Positions 13,154 through 20,500 of a DNA stretch of 64,000 bases are shown piece by piece. The stretch is from Alphaproteobacteria bacterium MarineAlpha5_Bin5. Its GTDB lineage: Bacteria; Pseudomonadota; Alphaproteobacteria; HIMB59; GCA-002718135. The notes beneath the pieces were generated by a model. The model was not told the DNA's origin. It did no database searches and worked only from the letters and a program-made list of their open reading frames with translations. Position 1 is the first letter of the stretch, and each line of letters opens with the position of its first letter. Location: NCBI GenBank assembly GCA_002938205.1, contig PTKZ01000008.1, positions 1,081 to 65,080 on the forward strand. The letters are read 5' to 3'. Both the position numbers and the translations under genes were made by a program.

Positions 13154-13921
13154 TTAAATACTAGTAAGATTGTTAATTGATTTTAATACAAAATCTTTAT
13201 AATCTTTAGGATCATCATGTTCTAAGGCAAATATTTCACAACCAGTTTTCTTTACTTCTTCTAAAACAGAACTCCAATCTATAAAGCCATCGCCAACTGC
13301 ACATTGTGAATTATGATCAATTAAATCCATATCTGCTGAAGAAAAATCTTTTAAATGACAGGCAATAATTCTTGAAGCATATTTTTTTGTCCAATAAATT
13401 GGATCAGCTTTACCAGCCACAACCCAACCAAGATCAATTTCATATTTTAAATTTTCATTATGATCTAAAATACACTCCATAGGCATCTTACCACTTGGAA
13501 GTTTATTAAATTCGAACGCATGATTATGATAACCAAGTGTCATACCATTATCTTCAAAAACGTTTACATAAGAAGATATTTCTTTACCAAATTCATTCCA
13601 TTCTTCTTCATTTTTATCAAAAATAGCTTCAAATTTTCCTCCTGGTTTACCTACAGGGCATGGTATAATTGCATGCTTTACATTTAATTTTTGTAAACTT
13701 GAAATAATTTTCTTCGTATCTTTCAGTGTATCAAAACCTATATGGGAAGATTTTGCTGTTAAATTATATTTTTCTAATAAATCTTTAGTTTCATCAAATG
13801 CCTCAACTTCAAATAATTCTACATTTTCTAAACCACTTTCAGATAAAAATTTAAATATATCCTCATAGGGTTTAAAATTTCTAGCAGTATAAACTTGTAA
13901 AGATATCTGATTTTTATTCAT
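13154..13921 (-). CDS. Sugar phosphate isomerase/epimerase (xylose isomerase-like TIM barrel, AP_endonuc_2 fold)
   Basis: Motifs GYHNHAFEF, IDLGW, CHLKD and LEHD mark the metal-binding residues of this fold. I prefer the start MNKNQ at 13921, preceded by AGGAG, over the track start at 13951, which would overlap the upstream stop. Confidence 0.8.
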   Translation of the reverse strand: MNKNQISLQVYTARNFKPYEDIFKFLSESGLENVELFEVEAFDETKDLLEKYNLTAKSSHIGFDTLKDTKKIISSLQKLNVKHAIIPCPVGKPGGKFEAIFDKNEEEWNEFGKEISSYVNVFEDNGMTLGYHNHAFEFNKLPSGKMPMECILDHNENLKYEIDLGWVVAGKADPIYWTKKYASRIIACHLKDFSSADMDLIDHNSQCAVGDGFIDWSSVLEEVKKTGCEIFALEHDDPKDYKDFVLKSINNLTSI

Positions 13922-13929
13922 AACTACTC

Positions 13930-14892
13930 CTATTTTTGTAAATTTAAACAATTAACTTCTTCTTCAGTTAATTCGACTTCCAAATTTTTTAGACTTGAAT
14001 CCAACTCTTCAATAATTCTAGGACCTATAAGAGCAAAAGAAGGGAATTTCATATGGATAGGCCAGGCACCTGCTATATTTTGACTCTCAGCTCCTTTTTT
14101 TTGAGCTAATTCAAAAACTCTTTTTTTTCTTTCTCTATTATCTTCACTATCAAAACAACTCAGGGGACCACTTGAATGTTCTCCAGGTTTTCTCCATGAA
14201 GACTCATCTGAAGTAATCTTATCTTCAATTTTTTGCGTAACATCATCTTGAAGAAAATAACCTCTTCCTTGACTTGACCAAGATAAATGAGCCGTTTGTG
14301 TTTCTTCTAAGTAATGTAAAATTTTATCATCATTAGAAGATATACATCCATTCCACAAAGGGTTAATCATTTTACATAAAGCTAAATTGTTATTGAGTAT
14401 ATTTAGTTTAGTTTTATTATTTTCTTCAGCCCATTTATTAGCTTCTTCAAAGCGTTCTAGTGTCCAATTTGATCCACCAAAGATTTTTACCCTGCCTTTA
14501 TTTTTTTCTTCATTTAATGCATCAACAAATTCATCAACTGGTATCTCAAGATTATCACGATGCATAATATAAATATCCGCAGATTCCATTTGTAATCGAT
14601 CAAGGGACTCTGTTAATTGTTGTGACAAACCTTTGGGATCACAATTTGGAGTATGGGCTCCTTTAGCTATAATAACAATCTCATCTAAGTTATTTCTTTT
14701 TCGATGCCATTTTCCTAAAAGTGCTTCCATTGATCCATCTCCATAAATATGAGCATTATCAAATGCATTACCTCCTACTTCTATCCAATGATCCCACAAT
14801 TTTGCAGCTTCATCAAAATCAGTTTGATTATCATTACCCATTATAAGTTTTGATATTTTTTTATCTAATCCCTGAATTAAATCATATTTCAT
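13930..14892 (-). CDS. Aldo/keto reductase family oxidoreductase
   Basis: 320 aa. FDNAHIYGDGSMEALLGKW and IYIMHRD are typical AKR segments. Confidence 0.8.
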   Translation of the reverse strand: MKYDLIQGLDKKISKLIMGNDNQTDFDEAAKLWDHWIEVGGNAFDNAHIYGDGSMEALLGKWHRKRNNLDEIVIIAKGAHTPNCDPKGLSQQLTESLDRLQMESADIYIMHRDNLEIPVDEFVDALNEEKNKGRVKIFGGSNWTLERFEEANKWAEENNKTKLNILNNNLALCKMINPLWNGCISSNDDKILHYLEETQTAHLSWSSQGRGYFLQDDVTQKIEDKITSDESSWRKPGEHSSGPLSCFDSEDNRERKKRVFELAQKKGAESQNIAGAWPIHMKFPSFALIGPRIIEELDSSLKNLEVELTEEEVNCLNLQK

Positions 14893-14893
14893 G

Positions 14894-15937
14894 TTAATTA
14901 ATATCTTGAGGCAAAAAATATCCTATTTTTTTTCGCCATTCATCTAAAACTTTTAAATTACCTAATGTGTCTTCCCATGTCATACCTGGATGAGGAACTT
15001 CTAATCTTTCTTTCAATATAGTTTGACTAGATAATTCTGCTTCAAAAAAGAATAGATGTTCAGGACCTTTAAATTCTAATATCTCTTCTTTTCCTTTAAT
15101 ATTTATTTTTATTTTACTATGATAAGGACCACTGTCCCTACCTGGTGCCCATGGTTGATCTAATTCAATATACCCTTCACTACCTTCAATTATTGAATTA
15201 TTTTTCATATTTTTAAGGATTGCTGTCGATACTTTTGCGGTGATATTATTATCAAATCTTAGATTAGCTGTAGCTATTTCATCAACACCTGTTTCCCCTA
15301 TCCTAGCTTCTGCATCAATTTCAATAGGGTTTAAAAACTTTTTACCAGTTGCAACTCCAGCAATTAACCGAGAAAATGAAATGGGGTATAAACCTACATC
15401 TAATATTGCTCCTCCGGCTAGATTTTTATCAAATAATCTTGAATTTGGAATTATTTTTTTCATGTCAAAACCGAATGAAGATATTATTTTATTAATTTTG
15501 CCAATCTTGTTATCTTTAATTAATTTTAATAAAGCTGGTATTTGAGGATGACAACGATACATAAATCCCTCAACATAGAAAACACCTGCTTCTCTAACAG
15601 AATTGATTACTTTTTGTCCTTCTAATAAATTAACTGCAGCAGGTTTTTCGCATAAAATATGCTTTCCTTTTCCTGCAGCTTTAATGGATAGTTCAGCATG
15701 TAAGGTGTGAGGGGTAGAAATATAAACAGCATCAACATCGCTTGAATTTAAAAGCTCTTCATAAGTTTTAAACCTAAAGTGATTTTCAATTTTATATTTA
15801 TTACCAAACTCTTCTCTTCTTTGACTATTTAAACTTGCAATAGCTTGTAATTTTCCTGAGTAAGATTCTTTTAAAGCATCTGCAAAATTATGGGCAATGC
15901 TACCTGGGCCAATAATCCCCCAACGAACAGGTGGCAT
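14894..15937 (-). CDS. Gfo/Idh/MocA family oxidoreductase (dihydrodiol dehydrogenase / anhydrofructose reductase-like)
   Basis: 347 aa. VRWGIIGPGSIA Rossmann motif and the CEKP motif. Confidence 0.85.
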   Translation of the reverse strand: MPPVRWGIIGPGSIAHNFADALKESYSGKLQAIASLNSQRREEFGNKYKIENHFRFKTYEELLNSSDVDAVYISTPHTLHAELSIKAAGKGKHILCEKPAAVNLLEGQKVINSVREAGVFYVEGFMYRCHPQIPALLKLIKDNKIGKINKIISSFGFDMKKIIPNSRLFDKNLAGGAILDVGLYPISFSRLIAGVATGKKFLNPIEIDAEARIGETGVDEIATANLRFDNNITAKVSTAILKNMKNNSIIEGSEGYIELDQPWAPGRDSGPYHSKIKINIKGKEEILEFKGPEHLFFFEAELSSQTILKERLEVPHPGMTWEDTLGNLKVLDEWRKKIGYFLPQDIN

Positions 15938-15941
15938 TAAA

Positions 15942-16958
15942 TTATATATCTATTTTATCTATATCTTCTGCCCATTTACCGGATGTTGATAGGCTGTTCA
16001 TTTTAGCTCTATGATTAAATATTTTTTGAATATTATTTACATCTTCTGGATTCTTACCCCAATAATTTAATGCACTTTGTTGAAGAGCTCTGCCATAAGA
16101 ATAAGTAAAAATGAAAGCAGTATTATTTATTTTGTTAATTTCATTAAGATTACGAGTTGATTCAATTTCTGATTGACCTCCAGATAAAAAAGCTATGCCA
16201 GGTACTTCACTTGGAACATTATCTGTTAAACAATTAAAAGTCATTTTAGCAATTTCATTAGTTGAACTTTGATTTTTACAATCTATACCAGGTACAACCA
16301 TATTAGGTTTTAATATTATTCCACTTAAATCAACATCCTGGAGTTTTAACTGGCTAAAACATTCAGATAATAAGCTCGCAGTTATGTCATAACATTTATT
16401 AATATCATGATCGCCTTCCATTAACACTTCTGGTTCAACAATAGGTACCATGTTAGATTTTTGAACAATAGAAGCATATTTAGCTAAATCGATTGCATTA
16501 GATTTAATAGCTACTTCAGATGGATATTTATCTGAAATTTTTATTAAAGCTCTCCATTTAGTAAACCTAGCTCCAATATTATAAGATTTATTTAATCTTT
16601 CCTCTAAACCTTCAAAACCAGATGTTATATTTTCCTCAGGTGAATCTGGATTTTTTTTCAAACCTGTATCAACTTTTATGCCTATAACTGTTCCTTGATT
16701 TTCAATTAATCGAGGGATTGGCAAACCGGAACTAGAAATTTGATTTAGTGTTTCTTCAAATAAAATTACACCACCTATATAATCTTTCATTCCTGCTGCA
16801 GAAAATAAAATTTCCCTATATTTTAGCCTATTTTCAGGAGAAGATTCGATTCCAATAGCATTAAATTTTTTATCCATGGAAGGTGTGCTTTCATCAGCAG
16901 CTAAAATTCCCTTTTCATTGGAAACTATTTTTAAAGCTATTTGATTTAATTCTGACAT
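15942..16958 (-). CDS. fba: Fructose-bisphosphate aldolase, class I
   Basis: 338 aa. ILAADES near the N-terminus, the ILKPNMV Schiff-base lysine region, and LSGGQS. Confidence 0.88.
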   Translation of the reverse strand: MSELNQIALKIVSNEKGILAADESTPSMDKKFNAIGIESSPENRLKYREILFSAAGMKDYIGGVILFEETLNQISSSGLPIPRLIENQGTVIGIKVDTGLKKNPDSPEENITSGFEGLEERLNKSYNIGARFTKWRALIKISDKYPSEVAIKSNAIDLAKYASIVQKSNMVPIVEPEVLMEGDHDINKCYDITASLLSECFSQLKLQDVDLSGIILKPNMVVPGIDCKNQSSTNEIAKMTFNCLTDNVPSEVPGIAFLSGGQSEIESTRNLNEINKINNTAFIFTYSYGRALQQSALNYWGKNPEDVNNIQKIFNHRAKMNSLSTSGKWAEDIDKIDI

Positions 16959-17015
16959 AAAAAATTATTTCTTCTTAAATACTATTATAATCCATTACAA
17001 GTGATTCTTATATTT

Positions 17016-17867
17016 TTATCCTTTAACAGCTCCAAAAGTTAAGCCATGAATAAATTGTCTTTGCAATATAAAAAACATAATTACTGGTGGTAACGCAGCA
17101 ACTACTGATCCAGCCGAAACTAAGTTCCAACTTGTTGTCCACTGCCCTCTTAAAACATCTAATCCTACTGTTATAGGTTTTACTGAATCTCCTTGAGTTA
17201 AAACAAGTGCCCAAAAATAATCATTCCAAATAAATGTAAACTCTAAAACTCCTAGTGCAGCTAATGCTGGAATAATTAATGGTAAAATAATTTTTCTATA
17301 AATTGTCCATTCAGTTGCACCATCTGCTCTAGCAGCTTCAATCAACTCAAAAGGTAGTTCTTTTATAAAGTTTCTCAAAAAGAAAGTACAAAAACCAGTT
17401 TGAAAAGCAATATGAAATATAATTAAGCCAATATGCGTATTATACATGCCCATTTCAATTGATATATTTCTTACAGGTATCATTAGAATTTGAAATGGCA
17501 CAAAGTTACCTGCTATAAACATTGCAAATACTAATAAATTTAATTTAAATCGATGCATTGCTAATGAATAACCTGCCAAAGAACTTAGAAATAAAGTCCC
17601 AATTACTGTAGGTAAAGTAATAATTAAACTATTCAAAAAAAATCTACCCATTTTTCCGCCTTCAAAGACTCGGGAATAATTTGATATCAAAGCAGTTTCT
17701 TCAGGAAAGGTCCAATAATTTCCTGCAAGCACATCATCAAAAGTTCTAATTGATGTTAGCATAACTGCAATTAAAGGTAATAACCAAACTACAAGAGTCA
17801 ATAAAAGCAATAATCTGTAAGCTACATTAACTTTGAGTGAATAATTTTGAATTGGAGTTGGAAACAT
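17016..17867 (-). CDS. Carbohydrate ABC transporter permease (MalG/UgpE-like)
   Basis: Multi-TM protein with an EAA-like loop (EAARADGATEWTIYRKIILP). I prefer the start MFPTP at 17867 (TAATG junction with the upstream permease) over the track start at 17912. Confidence 0.85.
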   Translation of the reverse strand: MFPTPIQNYSLKVNVAYRLLLLLTLVVWLLPLIAVMLTSIRTFDDVLAGNYWTFPEETALISNYSRVFEGGKMGRFFLNSLIITLPTVIGTLFLSSLAGYSLAMHRFKLNLLVFAMFIAGNFVPFQILMIPVRNISIEMGMYNTHIGLIIFHIAFQTGFCTFFLRNFIKELPFELIEAARADGATEWTIYRKIILPLIIPALAALGVLEFTFIWNDYFWALVLTQGDSVKPITVGLDVLRGQWTTSWNLVSAGSVVAALPPVIMFFILQRQFIHGLTFGAVKG

Positions 17868-18784
17868 TATTTTTCTGATCTTTCGCTTTTGAATAATCTG
17901 TATAAAAACCAAGCAATATAAATATCCATAATAAAAAATAATATAGTTGCTATGGCTGCTCCGTATCCCATTCTGTAATTAAATAAAGCTTCTTGATACA
18001 TTTTATAAGCCAAAACCTCAGAGCTTCCCCATGGTCCACCAGCAGTCATTACAGCTATTAAATCAAAACTTCTAAGCGCTCCTACAATAGTTACTACTAC
18101 TGCTATTAAAGTAGCTGGCCTTAATTGCGGCAAAATAACATGCCACAACATAGTAAAACCTGAAGCTCCATCTATTCTGCCAGCTTCAATCATCTCCCTA
18201 TTAACTCCAGTTAAGCCAGTAATATATAAAATCATTGTGTAAGCAATTCCTGGGAAGAAAGAAGCAATAATAATACCGTAAGTGGCTAAGTTCTCATCAG
18301 CTAGGAATGGAATTGGATCTAATCCAAATAAACCTAATACTAAAGTTAACGCTCCATATTTTGGATTATAAAACCAAGTAAAGATTACCCCTATTACAAC
18401 AGCATTAATTACAAAAGGAAAATAAAATAGAGATTTTATATATCTCATTCCAGTAATTTTTTGATTTACAAATAAAGCTAAAAATAAACCAATTGGGATA
18501 GCTAAAAGGCTAAAAATCAACCATCTAATATTGTTGAATAATGAAACATAAAATTCGTCATCATCTGTAAAAAGAGTTATGTAGTGTTTTAACCCAACCC
18601 ATTTCCAGTTTTTGGGACTTCCGTCTTCCTTAAGTACTGTTTTATCCATACCGTTCCATTCATGAAAACTTACCCAAATTGAATCAAAAATCGGATAAAT
18701 TACATAAATTAAAAAAACTAAAACTGCAGGAGCTAGAAATAAAAAAGGTGCTAACTTTAATTGATTACGTTCCCAAAAAGTCAT
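17867..18784 (-). CDS. Carbohydrate ABC transporter permease (MalF/UgpA-like)
   Basis: 305 aa and multi-TM, with EAA loop EAGRIDGASGFTMLWHVILP. Confidence 0.88.
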   Translation of the reverse strand: MTFWERNQLKLAPFLFLAPAVLVFLIYVIYPIFDSIWVSFHEWNGMDKTVLKEDGSPKNWKWVGLKHYITLFTDDDEFYVSLFNNIRWLIFSLLAIPIGLFLALFVNQKITGMRYIKSLFYFPFVINAVVIGVIFTWFYNPKYGALTLVLGLFGLDPIPFLADENLATYGIIIASFFPGIAYTMILYITGLTGVNREMIEAGRIDGASGFTMLWHVILPQLRPATLIAVVVTIVGALRSFDLIAVMTAGGPWGSSEVLAYKMYQEALFNYRMGYGAAIATILFFIMDIYIAWFLYRLFKSERSEK

Positions 18785-18813
18785 TTTATGATTTTAAAAT
18801 ACATTTATTTTTT

Positions 18814-18837
18814 AGAGGCGGAATAAAATCCGCCTCT
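18814..18837 (-). promoter_or_regulatory. Intercistronic GC-rich stem-loop between the binding-protein and permease genes
   Basis: AGAGGCGG (18814-18821), an 8-nt loop, then CCGCCTCT (18830-18837). This perfect 8-bp stem is the only GC-rich hairpin I saw in the cluster. No U-tract follows it on the minus strand, so it is not a canonical intrinsic terminator. Confidence 0.5.
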
Positions 18838-18848
18838 AAAAGAAAAAA

Positions 18849-20069
18849 TTATAATGAACCGTGTATACGTTCTCTTTCTTTTTCTAGTCGAGCACGAATT
18901 TTATCTTCACGATCAGGCTTAACCATAAATTCTTGGAAGCCTTCCATAGAAGCACTTGCCATATCAGGATTAGCATCACGATCCCAGAATTGAGCAATAT
19001 CATCAGCTGCTGCAAGCATTTTTGCTCCCATTACAGAGAATCTATTTTCTGGTTTATCTGCATTTTTATTTGGACTTAACATTCCAGCCATTTTAGCCCA
19101 GTTAGTCGCAGCTTCAGCATTAGACATAAATGCTAAGAATTTTTTTGCATCCTCAACATTTTTAGCTCCACTTGGAATATGCATTGTGTCAGTTGGAGCA
19201 TCTTCTGCTACTCCCACTCCATTAATTATTGTAGGGAATTGGAAAAAATCCATTTTGTCTACAACGCCAGCACTCTCTAATGTTGGAACATAAAAGTTTC
19301 CAATAAGATACATTGCTGCTTCACCATTGATTTGAGGAGCTTGCGCGTCCTGCCATGAAAATGAAGCATGATCTTCAAGGAAATATCCTGGATCAATTAA
19401 TTCTCTCCAATGATCAAATACTGCATCTAATCTTGGATCTTCGAAACTAACTTTACCAGCTGTTAAATCCATATGGAATTGATATCCATTAATCCTTAAG
19501 TTAAGATAATCAAACCATCCACCAGCTGTCCAAAGATATTTGGTTCCTATTGTGATTGGAGTAATGCCATTTTTTTTAAGCATTGCACAAACCCATTTAA
19601 ATTCTTCCCAATTTCTAGGAACATTTAAACCTAAGTTGTCAAAAAGATCTTTTCTATAATAAACGCCCCATTGGTAATAGCCCCAAGGAACACCATATTG
19701 TTTTCCTTCAACAGTTAAGGCTCCTTTAGTTGATGCCATTGAATCATTCAGACCTGCGTCAGCCCAAACATCACTTACATCTTGAAATAAATCTTGATCA
19801 ACAAAAAACTTCATTCTGTTTCCAGCAAACCAAATTGCAACATCTGGCGCTTCTGCAGTTAAAAAGTTTCTAATTGCTGTTTTATAAGCCTCATGTTCAA
19901 ATTCATTTACAACAACTGTTACTTCTGGATGTGCTGCTCTAAAAGCATCAACATATGCGTCAAATGCAGCTTTAGAAGATTCACCTGATTGATTTGAATT
20001 TACAACCAATGTTCCAGCAGAAACAACTGTTGAGGTAAATAAAATTATTAACATTAATAATTTTTTCAT
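18849..20069 (-). CDS. ABC transporter extracellular solute-binding protein, family 1 (sugar/polyol)
   Basis: 406 aa with a signal peptide (MKKLLMLIILFTSTVVSAG). Trp/Tyr-rich family-1 SBP composition. Strong SD AAGGAGGAGAT just upstream. Lies upstream of the two permease genes. Confidence 0.85.
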   Translation of the reverse strand: MKKLLMLIILFTSTVVSAGTLVVNSNQSGESSKAAFDAYVDAFRAAHPEVTVVVNEFEHEAYKTAIRNFLTAEAPDVAIWFAGNRMKFFVDQDLFQDVSDVWADAGLNDSMASTKGALTVEGKQYGVPWGYYQWGVYYRKDLFDNLGLNVPRNWEEFKWVCAMLKKNGITPITIGTKYLWTAGGWFDYLNLRINGYQFHMDLTAGKVSFEDPRLDAVFDHWRELIDPGYFLEDHASFSWQDAQAPQINGEAAMYLIGNFYVPTLESAGVVDKMDFFQFPTIINGVGVAEDAPTDTMHIPSGAKNVEDAKKFLAFMSNAEAATNWAKMAGMLSPNKNADKPENRFSVMGAKMLAAADDIAQFWDRDANPDMASASMEGFQEFMVKPDREDKIRARLEKERERIHGSL

Positions 20070-20179
20070 TATCTCCTCCTTAAAAAATAGATAAATTTAA
20101 TTAACAAGATAAGAATAAATTGCAAACCATATTACTCAATTACGGTAAATAAACTGTCAATATATAGAAAAGTGCTAAT

Positions 20180-20256
20180 TGGTGGGCCCTCGAGGACTTG
20201 AACCTCGGACCACTCCGTTATGAGCGGAGCGCTCTAACCAACTGAGCTAAGGGCCC
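20180..20256 (-). tRNA. tRNA with CAT anticodon (elongator Met or lysidine-modified Ile2), CCA encoded
   Basis: Folded by hand as GGGCCCT TA GCTC AGTTGGTTA GAGC G CTCCG CTCATAA CGGAG TGGTC CGAGG TTCAAGT CCTCG AGGGCCC A CCA. All stems are Watson-Crick. The C4-G69/C5-G68 pairs and the TGGTC variable loop resemble E. coli ileX. Confidence 0.9.
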
Positions 20257-20323
20257 CAGAATTCATGCTAATATATGCCAATTTCTAAAGTTTCAATTAT
20301 TAATTATTTTGTTTTATCCAATT

Positions 20324-20500
20324 TTATACTAAATCAAAAAAAACAGGTGTTACAGTAAAATAAAATCCATTTTCTTCATGAATACTGTTATCAGCTTTTT
20401 TATCCTGTGAATGATAATCATTTAAATGTTTATAAAATCTATTTGGATCTACAACTTCATATTCCCTTCCATCATTTGATTTTACTACTAATTTTGTCAT
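20324..20500 (-). CDS. Hypothetical small protein (58 aa), stop/start-coupled to the GH4 gene
   Basis: Below the ORF-track size cutoff. Hand translation gives MTKLVVKSNDGREYEVVDPNRFYKHLNDYHSQDKKADNSIHEENGFYFTVTPVFFDLV. Its ATG (20500-20498) overlaps the GH4 TGA stop in an ATGA junction. I recognise no homology. Confidence 0.4.
   Translation of the reverse strand: MTKLVVKSNDGREYEVVDPNRFYKHLNDYHSQDKKADNSIHEENGFYFTVTPVFFDLV

Noticed and set aside
18814-18837. The GC-rich hairpin considered as a Rho-independent terminator
   Set aside because: No U-tract follows the stem on the transcribed (minus) strand, and the permease genes follow immediately. I annotate it as an intercistronic stem-loop instead.
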